64,000 nt of DNA from assembly GCA_002269645.1 (NCBI GenBank), contig NIVC01000810.1, positions 108,620 to 172,619 of the forward strand, read 5' to 3'. Made by a program: the position numbers and the translations under genes. Origin of the DNA: Macrostomum lignano. Its lineage: Eukaryota. Of the stretch, positions 12,448 to 25,900 are shown piece by piece. Position 1 is the first letter of the stretch. Every line of letters begins with the position of its first letter. A model generated the notes under the pieces. The model made no database searches, was not told where the DNA came from, and worked only from the letters and a program-made list of their open reading frames with translations.

Positions 12448-13933
12448 GGGCTGAGGAAATTGGAGTCATGGGGCTGAGGAAATCGGAGTCATGGGGCTGA
12501 GGTCATTGGATCATGAGGCTGAGGACATGACATTAGGGTCATGAGGCTGAGGACATGACATTAGGGTCATGAGGCTGAGGACATGACATTAGGGCCATGA
12601 GGCTGAGGACATGACATTAGGGTCATGAGGCTGAGGACATGACATTAGGGTCATGAGGCTGAGGACATGACATTAGGGTCATGAGGCTGAGGACATGACA
12701 TTAGGGTCATGAGACTGAGGACAATGGGGTCATGGAACTGAGCAAATTGAGGTCATTAAGCTGAGGACATGACATTGGGGTCATGGAGCTGAGGACATGA
12801 TATTGGGGTCATGAGGCTGAGGACATTGAGGTCATGGGACTGAGGAAATTGAGGTCATTGAGCTGAGGACGTGATATTGGGGTCATGGGGTTGAGGACAT
12901 TGAGGTCATGGGACTGAGGACATTGAGGACATGACATTGGGGTCATGAGGCTGAGGACATTGAGGTCATTTGGTCATGGGACTGAGGACGTTACACTTTT
13001 TGCAATTTTAACCTGTTCTGAGAAACACTGAAACCTGACTCTCACGGAAAATACCAACTCCAGCAGGACTTAGCTCGTATGTGTAGCAAGAGTGCATTTA
13101 GCGTGCCTGTGACTGTACTCAGTAGTATTATTTTCTCTACAGTTCATCCCAGGAAACTCCAACAATGCCAGGATACAGCACGTACTAGAGGATTTTTATT
13201 GGGATTCTTGACAGAAAGAGTGCGAAGTATGAGCTAAATCTCTGAACAGAACCGTCTAGAAGCCTCCAGGACATCCATCTCCTTTGAGCTGACAAAGAAA
13301 TGGAAATAAATATGATATTTCTTGTCAACTTAAGGCCTCAGCAATGGAATCTTACATAACCATATAAAATCGCGCATAAAGCAGGGGTCTCTCCGAGTTT
13401 TCCTTTCTCAGACATCAGTCTAGCTTGCAGATTCTGCGTTTCGATCTGTCTTGGTCCTCTGCTGTCCGATCATCAACTCCTAAACATCAACTGCAGCTGT
13501 CATAAGCCTGAAATGTTGGCAGGGTTTGGCAGAGGCGCGGATTATCGATGGTGTCTTACGGGAATGAGATCCAGATAGATACTTGGATCTGAAATGGAGA
13601 CGTCAGTGCTGTTGTTTGCCTGCGCGTAAGCCAAATATTGACAGCGTACGGCGCGAACTTGCGCCAGTCATGCCAAAAAACTGCTTCGATTTCATTGGGC
13701 GGTGCAGCAGAAGTGATCATCAATCTAAAAATGATCAGCCAAAGGGTTTTTAAACACTCATAGAAGATTTGTGCGAGCCGATGAAAAGTCACATCAAGGA
13801 ACTGCTCTACTTGCTACGAATTGGTTGCTTGCTTTGCTCATCTTCGATCACATCCAACAGAATTACTTCTACGGTTTAGGCTGAGATATCGAACAAATTT
13901 AACTGCAACAAATCATACGCAGTAAGACTACTC

Positions 13934-16900
13934 ATGCCCAGGCTGCTGATCCTGGTGGCTTTCGTCTGCAGTCTGTGCTGCTTCAGATGCTGTGAGTTTC
14001 GGAAGGACTTTTGAAAAGGACACACATTTAAGGGAATACTGCAAAGGCACCGACGGATTCAGAAATTCTCCCAGATTAAAACAGATCAAAGTAATTCGAA
14101 GGATATACTACTCATTTCTATTGAAGCCTTTAGCACAAACCATATACGAGTATAGTTATGTAAAAAAATACAACTCATAAAGCTAGCAAAAAACGTAACG
14201 AATCGTTTGAATAGGCCGTGGCATCAAGGTCTCCAGAGCTGAGATGGCCAATGCCTGGCAATCGTCTGTCTACAATCACCCAGAATGCGATTGCTTCATC
14301 AGATCAATGGACAAGCCGGGGCAGTGGCCCTATTTTCATACCAGCGACACTCCGGACCCCTCCGGCTACCAGTGGCTGCTGCTGAAGCTGACCCGAAGTG
14401 TCCCAGTGCGCTCCATCACTGTCTATGGGAGACAAAACTGTAAGCCATTGGCGTTCCATTACTGAGCTACAGTAATAATGTACCCAGAAGTAATTGCCCT
14501 CGTTGCACATCAGTCAGCCACAGAGCACTGGGCATCGAAGTGCTGCTCAGTGAGAAGAAGCCAGCCGGTCTGGATGAGGATGCACCCAACTGCACTGCAG
14601 CCGCTTTCAGTCACAGTCTGTCCGGATTCCAACACTGCGGCTTCACCAGAAATGACAGCAGCAAGTCAAACAGGACGCAAGTGACCTGTTCAGCTGAGGG
14701 CGATGTTAAGGTTTGTCAAGTGTTGTACTCTGCGCCCCCCCCTTCTTGGCACGTTGATTTTAACTCCTATGTACATTGCATCGCAGATGTACACTTACTC
14801 TAGAGCAATCGATTACAGAGCTTTGAGCTCAAATATATAATCGTGCCCTACGCCCAATTCGGGGCCGTATACGTTTGGTTCAGCTTAACTTCTGTCTCTC
14901 GCGTCAGTCACTACACTGGCATCGCAAGTTAAGCTATGTCTACTGAAACAGTGGCCAGACAGGCACGGTCGTTCAACTGCAACTGCCTCCTCCAAAGCCA
15001 TTCAACGTCAACCAAGAAGCACACGCACTGTCATCACGGTGGGAAGATTGGTCATCGCGCTTTCTGTGCTTCATCCAAGCTTTCGGAGTCAAGGATCCGG
15101 CCCAGCAGACACAAGTCCTGCTGTACACAAGCGGGAGGGAGCTGGCCGAACTATACAAGCAGCTGACCAACAGCGGAAACACCGTCGAAGAACTTATATC
15201 AAAGTGTTCAAAGACCACTTCACAGGCCGCAGGTGCGTGGTGTTCTCAAGATATGAGTTCCGAAACTGCATGCAGCAACCAGGCCAGAGCATCGACGCAT
15301 GGGTCAGTCAGCTATACAAGGCCGCAGAAAGCTGCGACTTCGACAATTTGCGCGACTCCCTCATCCGCGACCAGGTTGTCGCCGGATGCAACTTCGAGCA
15401 ACTCAGACGACGGCTACTGCAGACCGCCAACATCAGCTTGCAGGATGCACTGCAGCTGTGCCGATCCTTCAAAGCCGCGAGCTACCAGTCAGCGGCCATG
15501 GAGTCACGCCGCGACGAGACAGTCAACTCGATGAGGCGCACCAGAGGTGAGCAACAAGACGGACCATCCTACTAGCCTGCCAGCAAGTCCAAGTGCTACC
15601 GTTACCGTTGCCGTTACCGTGAAACCAGGCACCGCAGCTGCGACGCGGCAAAAGGCAAAACATGCAACATCTGTGTGATAGATACAATAAATGTATATAG
15701 CATGCACGATAAGCAATTCTTTAGGCCCTAGATAAACCTACTTGAAGCGTTCGGAGATTTTAAAGCTATTGGCCCTAATTGCCTATCGCCGGTCGGCGAG
15801 TCCTACCCGTCTTTCTCCAATAGCCGCAGGTACAGTACAAGAAAAGAAAGAACACGAGGGAACACGAACCGAATAGATTTGGAGAGTGATAATCCTAGTT
15901 CAAGACTGACTAAACTTGATTGACGGTTTAATTAGATTTAATAAAGTTACAAGATTCAATGCGATTCGCGGTGCAGATGATTCGAACTGATGATAATAAC
16001 GATACAACGATTAATAATAAATTAATAACGCAACTGGCAAATGGATCTCAGCGGAAGAGGAAGAAGAAAACCCGAACACGACCACGGAGAAGACTCCTAA
16101 CCCCTGGCCTAAACCAGAACCTACACTCAACGAGAGCCCTGCCGAATTGACCGTTCAACGGAGCACTGACTAAATTCTATCAGTACTGCCCTTCAGTGTG
16201 ACACCGAGGCCCTCAGGATCGAGGCCACGTGCTTGGTCAAATCCGACAGTCTCTATCTAACCGCGCTTGATAGCGACGACTTCAGACAGGAATCTGCCGT
16301 AGATGTTACGCTACAAGACTGAAGCGGTCGGGCGGGGACAAAAAATGGACCGGTGATGAACTCAAGCGCCTCAAAGCGCGAACCAAAACAATCGGGCAAG
16401 CGGCCGGGAAGCTGGACAAAACCAAGAACCGGGGAAAGAAGGCGAGATCCGATTGCCAAACACACTTTCATATATAGTTATTGTCAGACCCTCAAAACCC
16501 CCCTCAAGCCGGGTGGTGGTCGTCTGGCCGGCCGCCCGCTAAGCTGATTTGCATTGTGCCCGCGGCGTCGGGTAGACTTGGATTTTGCCGCGTGCCAGGG
16601 TCCAGGCCGGTTCTTGCTTGCATCGACGTTTGCAGCTCGGCGGCGTCCTTCCTCACCAAGCAGAGAGTCGGAAAAAGGCGATCCTCCTGCATCTGCTTGG
16701 TGAGGAAGGACGCCGCCGAGCTGCAAACGTCGATGCAAGCAAGTCGCTTCAGGAGACCAAAACGGCACTGAAGGCGATTTTCAGCTCGTCGAGAAGCGTC
16801 ATAGCAGAGCGCTTCGCCTTTCGGCAGCGAGCCCAGCACGACGGCGAGAGCATCGGAGACTACGTGATGGCCCTGAGAGAACTGGCAACAAACTGCAAAT

Positions 16901-19900
16901 TTGGCACCTTTCACGACGAAATAATTCGAGACCAACTTGTGGAGAAAACCTGCGTACCTCGCATTAGGGAAAGACTCCTGATGGAGGAGGACGATCTGAC
17001 GCTAGATGACGCCATCAAGAAGGCTGAGCGAATCGAAGCAGCCATCAGAGATGCCAAGCAGGTCAGCGGCCCAGAGCTCCACGTGAAGGCGCTGAGCAAG
17101 AAGCCGAAGCCAGCTGCTCGCCATGAGAAGACCGCAGCAGCAGGTCCAAAGTGCACTCGATGCGGAGGCAACCACGGACACAAGGGCGAATGCAAGGCGA
17201 TGGGCCAGAAATGCAGACGATGCGGCAAGACGAACCATTTCGCGAAAATGTGCCGCATGAACGCGGTCTCTGCGATCGACACCAAAGAGCCTGCAGAGTC
17301 CAGTCTGACGGTCCTGGCCGTGAACAACAAGAGCACAGACAGCTTATTCTGCGAATGCCGTCTGGGCGGACAGCTGATTCGACTGCAAATCGACTGCGGT
17401 GCTGCCGTTTCGTTGATCAACATGGAGACGTTCAAGAAGTCCTTCGCTAGGCACCCGCTGCTTCCGACGAGCACAAAACTGGAGGCATACGGCGGATCTG
17501 CGATCAAGACCATCGGCAAGGTCGAGCTTCCAGTGACGTTCAACGGCATCAGGACAGAAGCCACATTCTACGTCGCCGACAAAGGAGCGAACATCCTGGG
17601 CCGCGACCTGTTTCAGGCCCTCGGATTCAAAATCTTCCAAGGTGACAACAGAGTGATGAGCATCAGCGAGACTACGATCGAGCGCGACTTCCCCGGAATC
17701 TTCGACGGTCTGGGCCGGTCCAAGAGCTTCATTCACCGGACAAAGATCGACGCCTCGGTCAAGCCAGTGTCTCAGCCAATGCGGAAGCTGCCGATCGGCC
17801 TGAAGGACGAAGTGACGTCAGAGATCAGCCGGATGGAGCAACAGGGCATCATTGAGAAGGTCGACGCGTCCGAGTGGGTTAGCAACGTTGTCGTGACGCG
17901 CAAGAAGGAGTCCAACAAGGTTCGTCTCTGCGTGGATCTGCGGCAGGTCAACAAGGCGGTGATCGCGGACCGCTATCCGGTACCGTCAATCGAGGACCTA
18001 TCGGCCAGCATCAACGGCTCGAAGTGCTTCAGCAAGCTGGACCTGCGTCAAGGCTACCAGCAGATTCCGCTGCATCCAGACTCTCGAGGACTGACGTGCT
18101 TCATCACCGATGCCGGCCTGTACCAGTTCACCGTGGTGCCATTCGGGCTATCTAGCTCCGGAGCTGCCTTCCAGCGAGCCCTGCAGACGGTGCTTCGAGG
18201 AGCTCCTGGCGCCATCAACATCGTGGACGACATCCTGGTGCACGGCAAGGACGAGACTGAGCACGACAAGAACCTCCGAGAAGTCCTAGGGCGGATTCAT
18301 CGCGAAGGCTTCACACTCAATCGAGAGAAGTGCAAATTCCGGCAGGCGAGCGTGGATTTCTTCGGATTGGTCATCTCTGCAGACGGCATCAAACCGACCA
18401 AGTGCAACGTCGACGCAATTCTAAGAATTCCTGAGCCATCAACGGTCGCGCAAATTCAATCGTTTCTCGGAGCAGTGAACTTTTTGCACAAGTTCATACC
18501 GCATTACTCAGCAATTGCCGAGCCTCTGAGACAACTGCTCAAAAAGGACGCGGACTGGCACTGGGGTGAGCGGGAACGTACAGCCTTCCGTACACTCAAG
18601 TCAGCCGTAACCAGCAGCCCAGTGTTAGCTCATTTTGACTGCCAAGCTGAGACGTACGTCACCTGCGATGCAAGTCTAGACGGACTGGGGGCAGTGCTCA
18701 GCCAAGTACAAAACGAAAAAGAGGTGCCAATCGCGTTCGCATCGAGAGCACTCAGCCCAGCGGAAAAGCGATACTCAGCCGGAGAGCGAGAAGCCCTGGC
18801 CTGTGTATGGAGCATCGAACGCTGGCACTACTATCTATACGGCAGACGAGTAACGCTGCGCACCGACCACAAGGCCCTGACAACTCTGCTCGACTCGAAA
18901 GGCATGGGGCACAGGCCTCTTCGCATTCATCGATGGGTCGAGAGACTTCGCGGCTACGACGTCCGGTTTGAGCACATCCCTGGCGCTGACAACAAGTGCG
19001 CGGACATGCTGTCCAGATGGGCCACGACGGAGCGCGTTCCAGCCGAGGAGACCGACGAGGAGGGCTACGTCTACGCAGTCGTCGACTCGAAGACAACGCT
19101 GACGGCAGACGCACTGGCAACGGCGACCAAGGAGGACGAAGTGCTGCAGGCGGTTTTGCAGTACATCTCGGGCGGCTGGCCATCGAAGGTGGACAGCTCT
19201 CTAAAGCCGTACTTCAACGTCCGGGACGAGCTGTTCTGCTGGAACAACGGTCAGTGCCTCGGTCGTGGTGAACGCGCGATCATCCCGACGAGCCTGCGAC
19301 TTCAAGTCATCGAGGAGGCCCACGAAGGGCATCCGGGCGTCGTTCGGTCAAAGCAGCGGTGCCGCGACACGGTCTGGTTTCCTGGAATTGACCGGCAGGT
19401 GGAGGACTACGTCAAGAACTGCACGGCCTGCACTCTGGCGGAGAAGTCCGGCAAGCCTCAACAGACGATCGTGACACCAATCGAGTGGCCAGATGGACCG
19501 TGGGACAAGGTCGAGATCGACATCTTCGGCGAGGTCGCCGCGGCTCCTCGACACCAGCGGTTTCTACTGGTGATCCACGACCTGTACAGCAAGTGGCCGG
19601 AGATTGCAGCCATGGAAACCGTCACCTCTGCCAACATCATCAAGACGCTTCGGAAGCTATTCGGCCGGTGGGGAGTCCCGAAGATGCTGATCAGCGACAA
19701 CGGACCCCAGTTCGTCAGCGACGAGTTCGAAGAGTTCCTGCGAGCCGAGGGCATCAAGCACAGCCGAGTGAGCCGGTACTACCCGCAAGGCAACGGCGGA
19801 GTCGAGCGATTCAACCGGAGTCTGAAGGAGGGCCTGGCAGCGAACCTGAGGGCGGGAGCGAAGTTCGAGGACGCTATCGACCTGGTGCTCAAGACCTACA

Positions 19901-22900
19901 GGACCAGCCAGCACGCTCTCACCGGGCTGACTCCAGCCGAGCTGATGATCGGGCGCAAGCTGCGGTCCGGACTGCAGCTGCTCAGGCCAACTCCAGTGCA
20001 ACAGCGGGACGACAGCGACCTGCGAGACAGTATCGCACAGAGGCAAGCCAAGAATGCCGACTACACCAACAAGCGAAGGCGAGCTCGTGACTCTATGCTC
20101 CAGGCCGGAGACTGGGTCTGGCGACAGACGCCGTACCGAGCGCACAAGCTGGCGACCCGACTGAAGGAACCGCTAAAGATCGCCTCCAAAGCAGGGCGCA
20201 ACACCTTCGTGCTGTCCGACGGTACAAAGTGGCAAGCGAGTCGGCTGGTTAAGTGCAACAGCCCACCGGCTGACAACGGCGCGGCCGACCAAGAGGACGA
20301 CTGGTTCGATTTGCCGCTGCCGCCGGCTCCGCCCCCACGGACGGGCGAGCCGCCACCTCCACCTGAGCTTCGAAGGTCAACTCGAGCTCGACGGCAACCG
20401 GCGCGTTATCCTCTTCCGGAAGGGGGGAGAATGTAGTGACTGTGCATCAGGCCTAGGTGTTGTAACTAACTAACTTTGAGGCTAGAATTGTTCAATTACC
20501 TTATATGCATCGTGCGTTCAATCATGGTATCGTTGTTTCGATTGCGTAACACTGTTTTCAACGTGCACATGAGTATAAATATATTGAGCGAGACTCAAGT
20601 GTCTCCAACTGAATTGAATTTAATCAATCAACTAGAACACAACAGATACAACGATTAATAATAAATTAATAACGCAACTGGCAAATGGATCTCAGCGGAA
20701 GAGGAAGAAGAAAACCCGAACACGACCACGGAGAAGACTCCTAACCCCTGGCCTAAACCAGAACCTACACTCAACGAGAGCCCTGCCGAATTGACCGTTC
20801 AACGGAGCACTGACTAAATTCTATCAGTACTGCCCTTCAGTGTGACACCGAGGCCCTCAGGATCGAGGCCACGTGCTTGGTCAAATCCGACAGTCTCTAT
20901 CTAACCGCGCTTGATAGCGACGACTTCAGACAGGAATCTGCCGTAGATGTTACGCTACAAGACTGAAGCGGTCGGGCGGGGACAAAAAATGGACCGGTGA
21001 TGAACTCAAGCGCCTCAAAGCGCGAACCAAAACAATCGGGCAAGCGGCCGGGAAGCTGGACAAAACCAAGAACCGGGGAAAGAAGGCGAGATCCGATTGC
21101 CAAACACACTTTCATATATAGTTATTGTCAGACCCTCAAAACCCCCCTCAAGCCGGGTGGTGGTCGTCTGGCCGGCCGCCCGCTAAGCTGATTTGCATTG
21201 TGCCCGCGGCGTCGGGTAGACTTGGATTTTGCCGCGTGCCAGGGTCCAGGCCGGTTCTGATTGGCTGGCCGCGCAAAGCTGGGGTTCGCAGAACTCAACC
21301 CTCCGCTGAGTCACGAAATGGCGTCTGACTTCTAACCTGTTTACAAATTTAGATTTTAACTAACAAGAAAAAAGTACATTAGACCGCGTGACTAAATTGA
21401 AGCAAAATAATAATTCAATAACAATAATGCAAAACCTAACTAATAGAATACGCAAAAGATGCTCACACTACATCTGTAAAAAGGTGGGCCACCTGGCCAA
21501 GACCTGAATGTCTAAGGGCAACTCCAGAGACCGCGTGCACACCATTTGTGGTCAGCAGCAACACCCGGAATCCAGCAAGTCACCAAGCGATGAAGGGGAG
21601 GTCTTCTACCTGACTGCGAACAAGCTACCGCTGATGAGCATCTCTATCAACGGTAAGCCGGTCGAGGCGCTTATCGATAGTGGCGCCAGCTGCAACGTCA
21701 TCGTTATGGCTACTTTTCAAGATCTCAAAACAGCCAAAACGCCACTGCTTCGATCAGCACGGCAGCTGTACCCGTTCGGCTCGAAGACACCACTGGCAAC
21801 CACCGGCAGAGCTGAGCTCCTTGTCAAAATCAGCGGTCTCGAGGAGGTAGTGGACTTCCCAGAAGTGCAAGACTCGGGCGTCACCATTCTCGAAAGGGCA
21901 ATGAGCGAGAAGTTCGGAGTACTACGAGTGGGTCCGGCACCGGAAACCCACATCAACAGCATCGGGAGTGCCAGCAAAGCAAAGGCAATGGCAATGGAGT
22001 CCTCGAGTCCGGAGGCCAACTCGGCTAACCTTCCAGCAAACCTTCAGCTTGACAACATCCTCAAAAAGCACCCGCGCTCTTCCAAGGAGTTGGCTGCGTC
22101 AAGGAAGTCGAAGTGAGCATCCGACTCAAGGACAACGCCATCCCAGTGTGCCACCCGCCTAGTCGAGTGCCAATCCACCTACGAGACGCAGCCATGAAGG
22201 ACGCCCGACGAAGCCTGATTCGAAGCTCGACGCCCAGCTCAGCGAAGGCATCATCGAGCGAGTATCTAAGCCTTCCGAATGGGTCGCTAGAATGGTAGTG
22301 GTGCCAAAAAGCACTTCGAACCAGGTGCTAATCACCCAAGACCTTAGAGACCTCAATCAATACGTGATGCCGGAGAAGCAGCCGATTCCGACCTTTGAAG
22401 AAGTCACCGACGAAATGGCCGGCTCGCAATTTTTCTCGGAGCTAGACATCAACAAAGCCTTTCACCAAATCAAGGTCGATCAGGAATCACGCAAGTTTCT
22501 GACCTTCTCGACACCACTGGGCCTAATGAGACTCACGCGCCCCTGTATGGGCTTCACGTCGGCTTCAGCAGAAATCTTACAGCGTGTGATGTCTACAGTA
22601 CTCAGCGGCCTGCCAGGAGTGAGATGGGTGCACGACGACATTATCGTGTATGCCCGCGACATCCAGGAGCACAACAGTCGCCTAGCCAGCTGCCTTCAAC
22701 ACCTTCAGGGACACGGCCTAACTCTCAAACCGTCCAAGTGCAAATTTGCGGTGCCGGAGGTCAACTTCCTGGCCATGCGACTGTCGGCAAAAGGGATCCA
22801 GCCAGCTGAAGCCAAGGTGTCTGCGATCAAAAGCTCAAAGAGCCAATGAACGCCTCCGAATTCCGCTCCTTCCTCAGTCTGGTTACGAATTTGTCAGTTG

Positions 22901-25900
22901 CTTCATGCCAGGCCTAGCAGACATGACGACGCCGTTGCGGGACCTGACCAAGAAGAGTGCAAGCTGGCAGTGGGGCGAGCAGCAGGCCAAGGCTTTTCAA
23001 GAAGTCCGAGATCGCATCGCGGTTGACAGCACAATGGTCTTCTTTGACAAGCACCGGCACACCGAACTCGTTATCGACGCCAGCCCCATCGGACTCGGCG
23101 CCATTCTCTGCCAGATTCAGTCCGACGGCTCATCCAAGCATTCGCAAGCAGAGCCCTATCGGCAGTCGAGTCGAGGTATTCACAGACGGAACGGAAGGCT
23201 CTCGCAATCAAGTTCGGCTGCCTGAAATTTCGACACTATCGCAGCGGCGCCGCCAACTTCACTGTCGTCACCGACCACAAACCACTGACCTTCATGCTGA
23301 AGCCCGGCTCGCGCCCACCTCCACGCATCGAACGCAGGGCGCTCAGCATCCAGGACATGCAGTTCAGCGTCATCTATCAGCCAGGCCCATTCAACCCGAG
23401 CGACATCCTCAGCCGGCAGCCAGAGCCCGCTCCGACATCGATCAACATCGGCGAGATCCTGGACTCAAAATTCATCGGCAGCATCACGCAAGCTGCGACC
23501 ACGAGAGGCCTGTCCCTGCAGCAAGTCCGGGAAGCCACGGCCCGTGATTTCATTCTATCGACTGTGCTGTCATCATTGAGAACAGGCAATTGGGATCTGC
23601 GGGACGACAGCATCCGACGACTGCACGCCGCCAGGCACGAGTTGACCGAGGCTTCTGACGTTCTGCTGCGAGACCAAAGATTGGTAATCCCAAAAGCCCA
23701 GCGGCCCGCTGTCCGCCAGCTGGCTCACCAAGGACATCAAGGCGAGACCAAAACACTGCGCCGACTCAGCTCCAAGGTCTGGTGGCCCGGAATGTCAGCT
23801 GAGGCCAAGCAACTGGTGGCACAGTGCCTGGAATGTGCGGCCACCAACCAGCAAGCGGAAGTTCTGGCAGCCCCCTGCAACCGACTGAGCTGCCGGAGTC
23901 TGCCTGGTCCACCATCGGCATCGACTTTCTTGGACCTGCCATCTGCCGGCATTTCCTGGTGATCGTAGACCACTACTCGCGCTACCCCATCGTCGTGGCG
24001 ATGAAGTTGATCACAGCTGACCGCACCACCAGACAGTTACAGAAGGTCTTCGTGACCTTCGGGATTCCCCAGCGGATCGTAACGGACAACGGTCCGACAT
24101 TCATCTCAGAAGCCTTCAGGAGTTTCGTCACAAGCCACGGAATCAGCCACCGGCGCAACACACCGTACCATCCCAAGGCCAATGGGCTCCGCATCTCCAA
24201 TGCCCAAAGAACCAACTGGAGGATGGCATTACAGGAGTGGCTCGCCGCGTACCGCAGCACTCCGCACACGGCCACAGGATTCGCTCCAGCCGACCTGATG
24301 TTCGGTAGACCAGTCCAAGACTGCATTCCAGGAATCAAGCCACAGGCTCCAGAAAAGACGGTCAGGAACAGAGACCGTCAGTACAAGGCCGCCATGAAGC
24401 AGTACGCTGACGCGACAAGATCCGCCGCAGAGCATCGCATCCAAGCTGGCGATAAAGTCCTCCGCAGAAAGATCTAGCCATCGAAAACGGACACGTCATT
24501 TGAAATTCAGCCCTGGACGGTCAAGGAGGTCAAAGGCGACTCTATCATCCTGGAGAGCACGGGTGGCAGCAACTGCATGCGCCACGTCAGCGACGTCAAG
24601 CGACTGCCAGAGCGGCCAACAAGAGACGGACCAGACGAGACAGGCGGTCCAGAAGGCGACCCGACGGCCCCTCCAGCACCCGCGAAGCCGCCGGCCGCAG
24701 CCGTTGCGGGGGAGCTGCCAATCGCGAACCGTCCGCATCCAAGAAGCTGCAAACTAAAGCAACCCGATTATAGGAACTGATTTTTTTCGTGCAAAACTGA
24801 TGAACTAACCTATAAACCTCTTTCTGCTTTTTTGCGCATGACATTTACGAGCGTATTTTCTTAAATCCAATTTTACTCCATTAATCTCCGCGAAGGGGAA
24901 AGATGTTGCACTCTGCGCCCTCCTTCTCGGCACGTTGATTTTAACTCCTGTGTACATTGCATCGCAGATGTACACTTACTCTAGAGCAATCGATTACAGA
25001 GCTTTGAGCTCAAATATATATTCGTGCCCCACGCCCAGCTTACGTTTGGTTCAGCTTAACTTCTGTCTCTCGCGTCAGTCACTACATCACGCAGTTGCTG
25101 CAACTCTTTCAACATTGGAATTCGCAGTGCTGCAGCATCGCATTGCAGATGGCGCAGTATGTGCTGCTGAGGAAGTTCGTGGCCAATCAGACTGACAAGA
25201 TTATGAACTTTGTGTTGCTTGAAATTGAGAAAAGTGACTGCTTTCAGCGTAACAGAGACAACAGCTCTGGTTGCTCTCCAGCTGACTTCTGCAGGGAGTA
25301 TCAGAGCGGATGCTTTGTAGAAGACTTGTCTCAGCTCAAGCTCAATGAGAAAGTGATGATTCGAGCTCGGCTGCCAGGAAACTGCAGAGCACCTGCTGCA
25401 TCAAACTGCAGCATCAGAAACGGCAGTGATCTCTTGTATTTGAGTTCGGTAAGAGTTCGATTGAGATAAATACTTGAGCTTGCACCTGATATGGGAAGTG
25501 AGCAGCACAGGTGGGCGTTCGCATTGCAGAGCGCGACCTTCAATAGCTCTCTGATTCTGGGAACTTTTACAGTGGAGCTGCAGATGCACGGGGCGGAGTT
25601 GAAGTGCCGACACAGCTGCATCGGTGGGACTGCGTTTGACACTTCGCACACACTGGGTGTGCAGTCCGCCAGTGAGTCAGGCTTACAAACCCTTCCAGAG
25701 CCCTGCACCACTCACTACTCAAACCCTTCCAGAGCCCTGCACCACTCACTACTCAAACCCTTCCAGAGCCCTGCACCACTCACTACTCAAACCCTTCCAG
25801 AGCCCTGCACCACTCACTACTCAAACTCTTCCAGAGCCCTGCACCACTCACTACTCAAACCCTTCCAGAGCCCTGCACCACTCACTTTCTGCTCCCCGCA

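Larger units (their letters stand above)
11672..12990. repeat. Degenerate 21-28 bp minisatellite (ggggtcatggggctgaggacatt-like) hosting two solo LTR-like inserts
   Basis: Visible tandem units, interrupted at 11759-11993 and 12275-12447. Confidence 0.9.
15674..21472 (-). mobile_element. Long solo-LTR-like element X (about 1.15 kb native length) inserted in the gag of Z and itself interrupted
   Basis: Termini TG...CA with 4-bp TSD tctg, splitting the Z zinc knuckle. Minus-strand CCAAT (about 21260) and TATA-like (about 21115) motifs. Internal segment 16001-16614 is duplicated at 20645-21258. Confidence 0.7.
14721..25086 (+). mobile_element. Degenerate Ty3/Gypsy LTR retrotransposon (outer element Z)
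   Basis: LTRs 14721-14915 and 24904-25086 (TG...CA, several differences). PPT gaaggggaaaga precedes the 3' LTR. TSD tcaag/tcacg. gag remnant at 15039-15670, resuming at 21473 (CNIC|KKVGHLAKTC knuckle). Protease IDSGAS, RT HDDII, RNase H IDASP and integrase DNGP lie in frameshifted ORFs 21508-24757. Confidence 0.92.

Noticed and set aside
11320-13210. Candidate terminal exons of paralog B near 11333 and 13143
   Set aside because: The acceptors are plausible, but there is no homology support and several phases are possible, so they are left unresolved.
16911-24844. Numerous antisense and alternate-frame ORFs over the Gypsy pol regions
   Set aside because: They are shadows of GC-rich coding sequence with no independent motifs.
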